IMG/VR virus record: IMGVR_UViG_3300035703_004045
Location: 1 to 53,978 of that record
DNA: 53,978 bases
Direction: 5' to 3' (one strand)
From: a virus
Lineage: Duplodnaviria; Caudoviricetes
In this document: positions 28,354 to 37,022 of the stretch, piece after piece
How positions within the stretch are numbered: position 1 is the stretch's first letter
Layout: each line of letters opens with the position of its first letter
The notes under the pieces: generated by a model
The model's database searches: none
What the model saw: the letters and a program-made list of their open reading frames with translations, nothing else
Told to the model about the DNA's origin: nothing
Made by a program: the position numbers and the translations under genes

Positions 28354-31300
28354 CTACTGACGTTTGAGCCAACTACTGCGAATCACCCGTCGACTTGGGG
28401 TGGTTGCTAACGTGTTGTTGCTCTTTGTTTCGCTGTTTGCATGGATCTCCAGCGAGACATTGGTGGTACTGGGTGCACTCGCTGCCATCGGGGGCGCAAT
28501 ACCCAACTGCTGTTCGAGTTCGCGCCAGTGGCGTTCTTCGAAACGGTCCAGTCCGACATTGCTGGCAGCTGCCCGGGCGTAGACGTAGCAATTGCCAGCA
28601 ATCATCATCTTTCCTGCTCGGCGCACCACCAAGGTGCCATTAGGAACGGTTGCGCAATAGACCATTCCACAATAATCCCGCTCCTTGACCATGAACTTTC
28701 TGTTCTTACCGTCAAGTGCCGCGCTCTTTCGGCCATTGTTTTCACGGACGTGATATTGAGGCAAGGTGACATTGCCGCTGTCCCCTCGAATTGACCAGCC
28801 ATTGGTCAATCGCATCGTTACGCTGGGGCTACCACCGAGTTTAAAAAATAACTCTGCAATATCATCGGCCAAGAGTTTGCTGGTCGTTGCATAACTGCGG
28901 TATCCGTTTTGAATCCAGCCATCACCAGCAACCGCGCCGTTGAGGAACGCAGCAATCACATCCTTGTCCGCATTCTTGATCCATTGTGGAACCCTTTTTT
29001 CATGACAAAGACCAGGGCATTCGCGTTGGATGTAGTCATAGAGTTGTTTGCAGCTGATCGTTGCATAGGTGTCAGTCCAATGCCAAAGCCAGGGAAGTCG
29101 CTCAAGCAACTCGGTGATACGAGCTCTTCCTTCAGGTTTCTTTTGTGCAATCAACACTGCACGCAAAACACTGTTCCCTGCAACCGTAATTCGACTAGAG
29201 CCCTCGGCCACATACCAGCCAAGAAATTCAGCAAACGTCTTGGCGCACACCCTGCACTGAGGATGAATAACGTTCGTGCTTCTTTGCTTCACACTGGCAG
29301 GAATCGTTACCGCTATTATTTTATTACCTTGCCAATTCGCCAAGATTTTTATGCTGTGATGAATCGTCAGGTCTTTCGCTAAGGTGATTTCTGGCGGAAC
29401 ATCAAACCGCCATTTGCCGACGCTTCTATCAAATACCTTTTTGTAGGTCACCATGCGGTGATTGGGTGTCACGGAAAAATTCAGTCGTGTACCGCATACA
29501 GTCAACATCGGACCCTTGTAGTGCCGCGAGATTAGGGCCAGAGGTGATTGGTACTCAATCGAATCGGTGTTTAAATTGACTGTGGCCAAGATCTCACCAT
29601 GGCTTAAATCCGCGAACTTTTTCCAACCGGTGTAGGTCAACACTTCAGTTTGTGAATCAAAGCAGTCCAAACCCTCGTTCCTCTCGCGCATTTTTTGCCA
29701 TTCGCGGTGGGCAAAGCCATTGCGGTCGTGCCGCGTGATCAGGCTCTCGGCGCACAATTGCTGCACATACTCGGCATCGACTTTCGGTAGATGCACATAA
29801 CCTGCCGGGTAGATTGGGGTCGAGCCATCAGACCCCACGTCCGCCGCTTTGCGCAGGTTGTTGTAGAACTCCATTTTTGCCATACCGACAGCTACTGCGT
29901 AAAGCTTGATGCCACGGCGCAGTTTCTTGCCGCCTTGGGTGACATCGACTGCCGTGGGCGTGCCAATCAGCGCCGCTGCGCCCATGGCACCACTGCGCAC
30001 GCCTTTGACTGGCATCAGGCGCGGGTCATGGCAGCGCCGGGCAAAGGCATACGCCTCTTGCGTTGCAAAACCGGTATCGAGTGCCATACGTGCCAGTGGC
30101 ATCACAGCACCACTGGCATGGCTCCAGCGCTCAGCCAGCAGTTCTGCCAAACGCTGCCACACCGCCTCGCGCGCACTGTCGCCCATCAGAACCCGGTGTT
30201 CGACCAACCAACTCTCTTTGCCGCGACCAAAAGCCCAGATGGAGACTTCAATCCGGTCTTTCTGCACGTCAGCACCTGCCACCAGCAGCAAGCCGCCCAA
30301 GGGCACCGTACCGATTCTGAAGTCCTCGCGCCGCTCCAGCAGCCGTTGCCAGTCCGGTGCTTCGCCTTCTTCCAGCCAGGTTTCGCCCAGTTCGGTGTTT
30401 TTGAAGGTTTTGATGGCAGCAGCGGAACCCGCTTCCTTGCTGACCGCGCTCTCCCAGGCTGCGGCCACATCGCGCCAGCTACGCCATCCGACCGGGCTGT
30501 ACAAAGAGGACAAGTGAAACCCAGCGGTCTTTTTGCGTCCTTTGCTGTTGGTAGCAGACGCTTGATCGACCATGCTGCGCCATTGGCCGAGTTCGAGCAT
30601 TCGGGTCTTGTGGTGCTCGGCAATCGGTTGTTCGCAGGACTCGCAGACATAGGCTGCAGTCTCTGGTTTGGATTTTTCCCAGCGTAATTGTTCAAAGCGT
30701 AGCCATTGACGGTGGTCGCAGTGCGGGCAGGGCACAAAGTAGCGACGTTGGTCGCTGGCTTCGTACTCGCGCTCAATCGCCGACACCCCCGAGATGGTCG
30801 GGGTCGACACGATAAATATCTTGCGCCGGTTAAAGGTACGGGTGCGGGCTTCGGCCAGCGAAATCGCATCGCCTTCGCCTTCCACATCCAGCGGATAACC
30901 GTCCACCTCGTCCAGAAATAAATAGCGCACCGGCATGGAGCGTAAACCGACAGCGCTATTGGCACCGGTCATGACCAGCACGCCACCCCTGAACTCTTTG
31001 GAAAGAATGGTATTGCCAGAATCACGCGATCGGGCAGGGGAGATCAGTTCACGCAGCGCTGTCGATTCTTCAATCAAAGGGTCGATCCGTTGCTTAGAGT
31101 TGCGCTTGGCCATGTCTACCGTCGGCCAAACCGCCATCATGGGGCCAGGTGCATGGTGAATCACGTAGCCAACCCAGTTGCTGCCCATCTCGGTGTTGTG
31201 GGTTGGAATCCAGCCCTTGCCGCATAAAAACAGGTGTGATGGAGAATCCACAGCGATGCAGCGAACCGGCACCGACTCGACGGGTCGAATGGCGACGATT

Positions 31301-32544
31301 GCGCGTCTGCGACTTTTCCAAAGACGGCCATTTTCAATAGAGCGCATACGCTGGACTTTTCTCTCCAGACGAAACATGGCTTCTTCACGGTAGGCTGTCC
31401 ACGACACCCTCCAAGCACTTTGACTCAAAGATGGCCTGTCCTGGATAAGCTTTTCCTTGGCCGGACTGCGGTAAACCACGGGTTTGTAGCCCAGGCTACG
31501 CAGCAGCTCAACCATGGAGTCAATCAGCTTTCGATCTGTATTTCCAAACTCGCATCGTTTTCCATCCGGCGTGATGGATCCATCACTGTCCATCAAGCCG
31601 CGAACCAGCTCCAGTCGTTGGTTACGCCCAGCGCGCAAGTACGCATAGGGAACATGCTTGTTGCACAGGAGATCCAGTTTTCTCAAAAGTACAGAAAAAC
31701 GCGACGAACCGCAATCAGCGTGTGCCACACCTTCTTCGTCGACAACCCTAAACGTTGGGTCGATGACAACATTTGCGCACTTACCCTTGCGCCATTTCGG
31801 CAGTCGAAACAGCGCATCTACACCGCAATCAGCAAGGTGTCTGACGATGTCAGTGTCGTCTTCGTGAACGCTGATATGGTTCATCCATGCTGACCCATCG
31901 CCCAGCCACAAGCCTAAAAGGTAGGGGTGAATAGCCAGTGGACGATCTGGCAATTCAACTGGATCGCAAACATCCACTGAATAGCGCCAGCGCTTACCGT
32001 TTGTAAATCTTTCACGTCCAACCATGTCTCCGGTGGTCTTAATTCCAGACTTCATTCCGGCGTAGCTATATTCCCAAACTGGCCAACGATGGTCGCTATC
32101 GCAAACTACCGTTTCGCCATCTTCAAACTCGATCTCGTAGCATGGACGGTCGTTCCAAATTTCGGAGATGCCAATTACTCGGGTGGGCCATCCATCGGAG
32201 CCAAATACGTAGGAGCCTTCCGTAATTTCACCCATGGTCGTCCAACCAGTGGGCGTTGGCACAGGCGTTGACAGAGCTAGCGGTGCCCCGAGCTGCGCCG
32301 CCTTCATGAACACCACCCGTTCCACCGGCGAGTTGGGTGAGAGACAGTCCATAATCTCTTTCAGGTACGGCGTGCGACTGGTACGCCAGCGCCCGGGTTC
32401 CGCTGAGGCTTTGCTGGACAGCATGCGGTGCTGATCCGACCACTCGGAAACCGACAGCATCGGGTCCGGGGTCAGGCCATCGCGCCAAGCGCGCTCTATT
32501 TCGCTTGCGCCTTCGTAGTCATGGGTATCGTTTTCGGAATTCAT
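28354..32544 (-). CDS. Terminase large subunit (lambda gpA family) precursor with two inteins; about 675 aa after splicing
   Basis: GRWRTSRTPY, KAAQLGA/TEMG, LFLDEVD, STPT, CPHC/CESC, GADVQ, NEGLD/CYVYA; 1396-363-358=675 aa. Confidence 0.95.
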   Translation of the reverse strand: MNSENDTHDYEGASEIERAWRDGLTPDPMLSVSEWSDQHRMLSSKASAEPGRWRTSRTPYLKEIMDCLSPNSPVERVVFMKAAQLGAPLALSTPVPTPTGWTTMGEITEGSYVFGSDGWPTRVIGISEIWNDRPCYEIEFEDGETVVCDSDHRWPVWEYSYAGMKSGIKTTGDMVGRERFTNGKRWRYSVDVCDPVELPDRPLAIHPYLLGLWLGDGSAWMNHISVHEDDTDIVRHLADCGVDALFRLPKWRKGKCANVVIDPTFRVVDEEGVAHADCGSSRFSVLLRKLDLLCNKHVPYAYLRAGRNQRLELVRGLMDSDGSITPDGKRCEFGNTDRKLIDSMVELLRSLGYKPVVYRSPAKEKLIQDRPSLSQSAWRVSWTAYREEAMFRLERKVQRMRSIENGRLWKSRRRAIVAIRPVESVPVRCIAVDSPSHLFLCGKGWIPTHNTEMGSNWVGYVIHHAPGPMMAVWPTVDMAKRNSKQRIDPLIEESTALRELISPARSRDSGNTILSKEFRGGVLVMTGANSAVGLRSMPVRYLFLDEVDGYPLDVEGEGDAISLAEARTRTFNRRKIFIVSTPTISGVSAIEREYEASDQRRYFVPCPHCDHRQWLRFEQLRWEKSKPETAAYVCESCEQPIAEHHKTRMLELGQWRSMVDQASATNSKGRKKTAGFHLSSLYSPVGWRSWRDVAAAWESAVSKEAGSAAAIKTFKNTELGETWLEEGEAPDWQRLLERREDFRIGTVPLGGLLLVAGADVQKDRIEVSIWAFGRGKESWLVEHRVLMGDSAREAVWQRLAELLAERWSHASGAVMPLARMALDTGFATQEAYAFARRCHDPRLMPVKGVRSGAMGAAALIGTPTAVDVTQGGKKLRRGIKLYAVAVGMAKMEFYNNLRKAADVGSDGSTPIYPAGYVHLPKVDAEYVQQLCAESLITRHDRNGFAHREWQKMRERNEGLDCFDSQTEVLTYTGWKKFADLSHGEILATVNLNTDSIEYQSPLALISRHYKGPMLTVCGTRLNFSVTPNHRMVTYKKVFDRSVGKWRFDVPPEITLAKDLTIHHSIKILANWQGNKIIAVTIPASVKQRSTNVIHPQCRVCAKTFAEFLGWYVAEGSSRITVAGNSVLRAVLIAQKKPEGRARITELLERLPWLWHWTDTYATISCKQLYDYIQRECPGLCHEKRVPQWIKNADKDVIAAFLNGAVAGDGWIQNGYRSYATTSKLLADDIAELFFKLGGSPSVTMRLTNGWSIRGDSGNVTLPQYHVRENNGRKSAALDGKNRKFMVKERDYCGMVYCATVPNGTLVVRRAGKMMIAGNCYVYARAAASNVGLDRFEERHWRELEQQLGIAPPMAASAPSTTNVSLEIHANSETKSNNTLATTPSRRVIRSSWLKRQ
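28591..29664 (-). mobile_element. Intein 2 (class 1, 358 aa) with LAGLIDADG endonuclease, in terminase nuclease domain
   Basis: Starts CFDSQTEVLT; block B VTPNH; FLGWYVAEGS and FLNGAVAGDG; ends IAGN before Cys+1. Confidence 0.92.
31195..32283 (-). mobile_element. Intein 1 (class 3, 363 aa) with LAGLIDADG endonuclease, in terminase P-loop
   Basis: Starts PLALSTPVPTPTGW; DHRW, VRCIAV and PTHN/T give the WCT triplet; LLGLWLGDGS and LVRGLMDSDGS. Confidence 0.92.
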
Positions 32545-33092
32545 GCGTCCACGCTCACCGTTAAGTTTCCTAATTCCTGCAAGTGCTCGCGTACCGCGTT
32601 TTCCAGTGCCACGTGCATGGTATGGGCATCCAATTCCAACTTGGCAGCCATTTGGGCTGAAACCCGGGCTGGCCAGTTCAGCCAGGCATCACGTTCACTG
32701 CGTGCCAGTTTGAATACATGGGCTATGGCTTGCGGCCGATTGATCAGTTCGCCCTTGAGCCGAGCCAATCGCACCTTGTTGGTTTGCGCCTTGACCACTT
32801 CGTTGACCGTGCGGGCTTGTAGCAGTGAGGTGCCCCCGCCAGCCAAACCGGTGTTGGATGAGGTACCCGCTTTGTCAGTAGCGATATCAGGTTCTCGAAC
32901 CTTCACCCTGACAGCGTCTTGCTGCGTTCCGGTTTTAGGGGCACTGGTGTTGCGAACCCATTGGGCATCGGCGGCATCGGTGTCTATGGTGCCATCGGCC
33001 AGGGTCTGGATGCGACCGCTGCGGATGGCTTTATGGACTGCGGTGTCGGTCACCCCGCGGTGACGGGCGTAGGCGCGAATCGAGAGTCCCAT
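32541..33092 (-). CDS. Terminase small subunit (Nu1-like)
   Basis: N-terminal wHTH SIRAYARHRGVTDTAVHKAI; LARLKGELI; overlaps large subunit start. Confidence 0.8.
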   Translation of the reverse strand: MGLSIRAYARHRGVTDTAVHKAIRSGRIQTLADGTIDTDAADAQWVRNTSAPKTGTQQDAVRVKVREPDIATDKAGTSSNTGLAGGGTSLLQARTVNEVVKAQTNKVRLARLKGELINRPQAIAHVFKLARSERDAWLNWPARVSAQMAAKLELDAHTMHVALENAVREHLQELGNLTVSVDA

Positions 33093-33194
33093 GGCTGGTG
33101 TAGGTTTTCATGGCAAGGAGGTTTTTGTATCAACGTCAAACCGTGGCTTTATAGCCAATACCGAGGCAAAGATTCAAATCAATTCCGCAATCAG

Positions 33195-33235
33195 CTTGGC
33201 TTGTGAAGCAAACAGCGCGTTACTAGAGGTGTCGC
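33195..33235 (+). promoter_or_regulatory. Conserved upstream motif, copy 1
   Basis: CTTGGCTT-GTGAAGCAAAC-AGCGCGTT-ACTAGAGGTGTCGC; core ends 43 nt before ATG 33265. Confidence 0.75.
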
Positions 33236-33264
33236 GATTGACGACTAACGAAAGGAAAAACGCA

Positions 33265-33624
33265 ATGACTAGCATGACCATCACGATTGAACGCACCCCC
33301 CGCACCATTGAACTCAACGACAGCACTTTGCAAGTGACCGAGCTGGGTGTGAGCTTACCCTTCTCACGCAAGCCTTGTAACTTGAGCAAATTGGGCGGAG
33401 GCACACCGAGCAAGGTGCTGATTACTGAAACCCGCGAGATGACCCCGGCAGAGTTTGATGGGTTTGCATCCAGCCTGCTGCGCTCACGCCCCTGGCTCGC
33501 AGGACGCGGGGGTACTTTGCTTGAAGGCACCTTGTGCGTTGAGGTTTGCGCGCCGGGTCGACCCACGCTGTACATCAATCCTGAAGGTGGTGATTACGCC
33601 CGCTACGTCGCACGTCTGGGTTAA
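33265..33624 (+). CDS. Hypothetical cargo protein (119 aa)
   Basis: Start at MTSMTIT with AAGGA RBS; C-terminal LYINPEGGDYARYV. Confidence 0.75.
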   Translation: MTSMTITIERTPRTIELNDSTLQVTELGVSLPFSRKPCNLSKLGGGTPSKVLITETREMTPAEFDGFASSLLRSRPWLAGRGGTLLEGTLCVEVCAPGRPTLYINPEGGDYARYVARLG

Positions 33625-33653
33625 AGATTTATTTGAGTCAGAGGCTAAATTGA

Positions 33654-33694
33654 CTTGGCTTCTGAAGCAAACAGCGCGTTACTAGAGGCATCGC
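33654..33694 (+). promoter_or_regulatory. Conserved upstream motif, copy 2
   Basis: CTTGGCTT-CTGAAGCAAAC-AGCGCGTT-ACTAGAGGCATCGC; core ends 36 nt before ATG 33717. Confidence 0.75.
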
Positions 33695-33716
33695 AACAAA
33701 CAAACCTGAGATTGAA

Positions 33717-33926
33717 ATGAACACCAGCATTGAACAGATTTTTACCCTGATCGCCCAAAAGCATCTCTCCATTGAGACCTTGGAAACACGCCACGCGGAT
33801 CGGCTGGATTTCCACGATGTCGCAGTCTGGAATCTGCGAGAAGCCCTGCAAGCAGCCTTTATGGCCGGAGCTGAGTTGGGTGCGCGCATGCCAAAGCCAA
33901 CCGAGTCAGAAATTGCCAACATTTAA
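33717..33926 (+). CDS. Small cargo protein (DUF6900-like)
   Basis: IETLETRHADRLDFHDVAVWNLREALQAAF. Confidence 0.75.
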   Translation: MNTSIEQIFTLIAQKHLSIETLETRHADRLDFHDVAVWNLREALQAAFMAGAELGARMPKPTESEIANI

Positions 33927-33963
33927 AACCACTTGAAACCACTTTTTTAAATAGGAGCATCAC

Positions 33964-34536
33964 ATGAGCACCATTAGCCTTAACCCAACCCAGCACGCCG
34001 TGCTGGCCTATGCCATCCATAACACCCACGGACGGATTGACTGGTTTCCCGACAACATCAAAGGCGGCGCACGCCAGAAGGTATTGCAAGGTCTGTTTAA
34101 CCGTGCCTTGGTTACCCCCAATAGCGAGAATTGGTTGGTTGCTGCCGAGGGCTACGACGCCCTGGGCTGTGCCAGACCTGGTGCAACCAGCATATCCCCT
34201 AATCCGGAGTTAGAGGCCCCCAACGCGCCAACACAGGCCACCTTGGCGCAAGATATGGTGGACAGCCAAACGGATACCAGCGTAGCAGAGTCATTGCCCA
34301 GCGCCTTGCCCGCTACCAGGGTGGTTCGTAGCCGCGAGCACAGTAAGCAGGCCACCATCATCAATATGCTGCAACGCGCCGAAGGGGCGACGATTACGCA
34401 GATTTGCGAAGCAACTGGCTGGCAACCACATACTGTGCGCGGAACCTTTGCAGCCGCCCTAAAGAAGAAGCTGGGCATGACCATCTGCTCCGACAAGCAG
34501 CAAGGTGGCGAGCGTATCTATCGTGCAACGGTCTAA
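33964..34536 (+). CDS. DUF3489-like winged-helix protein
   Basis: SKQATIINMLQRAEGATITQICEATGWQPHTVRG; AGGAG RBS. Confidence 0.8.
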   Translation: MSTISLNPTQHAVLAYAIHNTHGRIDWFPDNIKGGARQKVLQGLFNRALVTPNSENWLVAAEGYDALGCARPGATSISPNPELEAPNAPTQATLAQDMVDSQTDTSVAESLPSALPATRVVRSREHSKQATIINMLQRAEGATITQICEATGWQPHTVRGTFAAALKKKLGMTICSDKQQGGERIYRATV

Positions 34537-34564
34537 AAAATGATGCAGAAGTCAGTCAAATTTG

Positions 34565-34605
34565 CTTGGCTTCTCGATTGAATAGCGCGTTACTAGAGGT
34601 GTCGC
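34565..34605 (+). promoter_or_regulatory. Conserved upstream motif, copy 3
   Basis: CTTGGCTT-CTCGATTGAAT-AGCGCGTT-ACTAGAGGTGTCGC; core ends 35 nt before ATG 34627. Confidence 0.75.
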
Positions 34606-34626
34606 AACCACCACCATCCAAGTACC

Positions 34627-34851
34627 ATGAAACACCATCAGAATCCATCACACCAGCGCACACTGCAACGCGGTGACCGCGTGGCCTACTACCTTGACCG
34701 CCGTATCAGCACAGGCCATCACAGCAGTCGCACCATCCCAGTACGCCGCGGCGGCATCGTCCAAGGATTTCGGGATGGACAAGTGCTGGTGTTGCACCGA
34801 GCAGGCTACACCGAATCATTACCAGAGGCGCAACTCTACTTCGTCGAATGA
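34627..34851 (+). CDS. Small hypothetical cargo protein (possible SH3-like barrel)
   Basis: 74 aa filling the gap between motif copies 3 and 4; LQRGDRV...GIVQGF. Confidence 0.55.
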   Translation: MKHHQNPSHQRTLQRGDRVAYYLDRRISTGHHSSRTIPVRRGGIVQGFRDGQVLVLHRAGYTESLPEAQLYFVE

Positions 34852-34873
34852 TGCAAACAAAGCCAAGAATAAG

Positions 34874-34914
34874 CTTGGCTTCTGCAGCGAGCAGCGCGTT
34901 AATACAGACATCGC
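34874..34914 (+). promoter_or_regulatory. Conserved upstream motif, copy 4
   Basis: CTTGGCTT-CTGCAGCGAGC-AGCGCGTT-AATACAGACATCGC; core ends 36 nt before ATG 34937. Confidence 0.75.
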
Positions 34915-34936
34915 AACCAACCACAGGAAGATTAAA

Positions 34937-35305
34937 ATGACCCATACAACAGCCACTCTTGCCAGTTGTAACCAGGATTGGGGTTTTTGGGGTACCATGC
35001 AAACGCATGCGACCCTTGCCTGGCCCATGGCAATGAACGCGATTGCTGCTGCTACCGGCTGCGAGCCGGAACAAGTGCGCGCGTTTTTAGACAGCCGCCA
35101 TGGTCGCCACTTCGCCGACGATGTGAACAACGCACTTTATTTGGGTGCAGACTTGCCCAATGCTATCGAGCAAGCCACGCAGAAATGGATGACTTGGACG
35201 ATTGGTCGCAACACTGCCAAGGAGTACGGCATACCACGCGGCATGGCTTACTTGACCGGCTTTGTGGTGTATTGCGGGATGCAGGAAGAGGAACTGGCGA
35301 ATTAA
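34937..35305 (+). CDS. Hypothetical cargo protein (122 aa)
   Basis: Start at MTHTTAT with AGGA RBS; NQDWGFWGTM, FLDSRHGRHFADDV. Confidence 0.75.
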   Translation: MTHTTATLASCNQDWGFWGTMQTHATLAWPMAMNAIAAATGCEPEQVRAFLDSRHGRHFADDVNNALYLGADLPNAIEQATQKWMTWTIGRNTAKEYGIPRGMAYLTGFVVYCGMQEEELAN

Positions 35306-35306
35306 C

Positions 35307-35804
35307 TCAATGGATCCCACCACCAGCCACTAACTCTCGCACAGCAGAATCTGGCGTGCCTGCACCTTTAAAGAGTGGCCCACATGGCACGCCAGCCAAC
35401 TTCAGCGATAACGACAAGGGGTCAATAAGACCAACTCGATCCCGGAATACCTCGCCAAGAAATGAAAACTCATTCAGGATGCCGATTAAACTGCGGTTCG
35501 CGGTTTTGGCGTAGAGCACTTCACCCATGCCATCAATCTCGGCTTGAATGAAATCAGCAGGCAGATCCAAAGCCTGCAGCACGTCTTTCAAGGCAGCAGG
35601 AAATCGCTTCGCCAATGTGGCAGCAGGAGCCAGAGGCATCACCACAGGCAACAGCGTGCGCTCATTGACCAACAGCGCCATTTGAGGCTTCCAAAACAAT
35701 GCCGTGGCATACCAGTTTCCCAATCTCGTGGTGGGGGTGCAGGGCGCCACAAGCTCCGGATGAATTCGGTCGAGTAGTTTTTTGGTGCAATGAAGCGTGA
35801 ACAT
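35307..35804 (-). CDS. Hypothetical protein (DUF6933-like)
   Basis: LHCTKKLLDR...LGNWYAT...LLVNERTLLPV; 8 nt downstream of Fic gene. Confidence 0.75.
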   Translation of the reverse strand: MFTLHCTKKLLDRIHPELVAPCTPTTRLGNWYATALFWKPQMALLVNERTLLPVVMPLAPAATLAKRFPAALKDVLQALDLPADFIQAEIDGMGEVLYAKTANRSLIGILNEFSFLGEVFRDRVGLIDPLSLSLKLAGVPCGPLFKGAGTPDSAVRELVAGGGIH

Positions 35805-35812
35805 GGTGACCC

Positions 35813-36943
35813 TCAGACCTGATTGCCCAATGGCGCTAATTCATAACTGGTACTGCGACCGCTCGCAGCGGATTTGTTGAGCATGCCTCGCTCCAACAGT
35901 TCAGAAATATCTCGCAGAGCCGTGTCTTGTGAGCATTTGGCTATCGCCGCCCACTTGCTGCTGGTCAGTTTGCCGTCAAAGCCATCGAGCAATTTGTTGA
36001 GCAGTTTGATCTGCCGCTCGTTCATCGACATGCCCGACCAGTGTTGCCAAAACCGCGTTTTTGCCAGCACCAATGCCAGTGTTTCTTCGGCCCCTTGAAC
36101 GGCTCGAAGCAGGCATCCCAGAAACCATTCCAGCCAACCGGTGACATCCATGTTGCCTTTTTGCGTGGCCTCCAGCCGTTCATAGTAATCGTTGCGCTCG
36201 CGCTGAATCTGGGCCGACAGGCTATAGTACCGCTGAGTGGATTGCTCTGCACGTGCCAGCGCCATGTCACCCACCGCCCGTGCAATCCGCCCATTGCCAT
36301 CATCAAAGGGGTGCAGCGTTACCAGCCACAAGTGTGCCAATCCTGCTTTGATGACAGGATCGTCGTATTGGTCAGTGTTGAACCAACTTAAGAAGTTCTG
36401 CATTTCTGCATCCAGCACATGCGCAGGCGGTGCTTCAAAATGAACTTTCTGGCGGTGCATAGCGCCTGAGACCACTTGCATCGGTCCTAGTGCATCATCG
36501 CGCCATTGTGCGACTCGGATTTTGCTCAAACCACTGTAACCCGTTGGAAACAACGCCGCATGCCAGCCGTACAAACGCTCTGCATCTAAAGGAGCGTCGT
36601 AGCGTTGGGTTGCATCCAGAACCATATCCACAACGCCTTCGACTTGTCGGTCTGTGGCTGCCAGGGCGCCAATGTCTACGCCCAATCGGCGCGCAATAGA
36701 TGAGCGTACCGAAGCCGGATTGAGTTGTTCGCCTTCGATCTCACTGGTTTTGAGGACATCTTCGGTCAGGACGCGCAAAGTAGCCTGATCGCGCAAATCC
36801 AGCCCCAAATCATGCATCCGTCCTAACAGATGTCCTTGCGCGCGGTGTACTTGTGCCAGCAAGGGTGCCAGCCGCTGGCGGTCATAAACCCAGTGCGGCC
36901 AATGTTCGTGTTGCCAGATATAGTTTTTATCTTCGCATTGCAT
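35813..36943 (-). CDS. Fic family protein (DUF4172 N-domain, C-terminal HTH)
   Basis: Canonical HPFDDGNGRIAR; TSEIEGE; C-terminal SQDTALRDISEL. Confidence 0.93.
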   Translation of the reverse strand: MQCEDKNYIWQHEHWPHWVYDRQRLAPLLAQVHRAQGHLLGRMHDLGLDLRDQATLRVLTEDVLKTSEIEGEQLNPASVRSSIARRLGVDIGALAATDRQVEGVVDMVLDATQRYDAPLDAERLYGWHAALFPTGYSGLSKIRVAQWRDDALGPMQVVSGAMHRQKVHFEAPPAHVLDAEMQNFLSWFNTDQYDDPVIKAGLAHLWLVTLHPFDDGNGRIARAVGDMALARAEQSTQRYYSLSAQIQRERNDYYERLEATQKGNMDVTGWLEWFLGCLLRAVQGAEETLALVLAKTRFWQHWSGMSMNERQIKLLNKLLDGFDGKLTSSKWAAIAKCSQDTALRDISELLERGMLNKSAASGRSTSYELAPLGNQV

Positions 36944-36978
36944 GCGGAGATTGTGGCCGGTATTCGCCGCACCGTCAA
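36943..36978 (-). promoter_or_regulatory. Putative sigma70 promoter and operator of the Fic gene
   Basis: TTGACG-N17-CACAAT ending 7 nt before the ATG; imperfect inverted repeat TGCGGCGAAT/AATCTCCGCA. Confidence 0.55.
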
Positions 36979-37022
36979 GGTGATCGAGCAGAATGTCAAA
37001 GATACCAGACTTCCCTCGAGTG

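Noticed and set aside
29791-30965. Long alternative-frame ORFs inside the terminase (likewise 52258-52926 and those in the tape measure and drmD genes)
   Set aside because: Shadow ORFs expected in GC-rich coding DNA; no motifs or RBS
33195-33221. Sigma54 promoter reading of TTGGC in the motif
   Set aside because: No conserved GC at the required -12 position relative to the GG
33926-33945. AAACCACTT tandem repeat before the DUF3489 gene as a sixth motif copy
   Set aside because: Does not match either box; two short AT-rich copies could be chance
33195-34914. CRISPR array interpretation of the repeated motif
   Set aside because: Copies are 309-911 bp apart, separated by whole ORFs, have a variable centre, and no cas operon is present
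34673-34936. Long N-terminal extensions in the ORF track (also 33091, 24072, 8941, 21308, 41250, 44416, 52183)
   Set aside because: They overlap neighbouring genes or regulatory motifs; internal ATGs with RBS or translational coupling fit better
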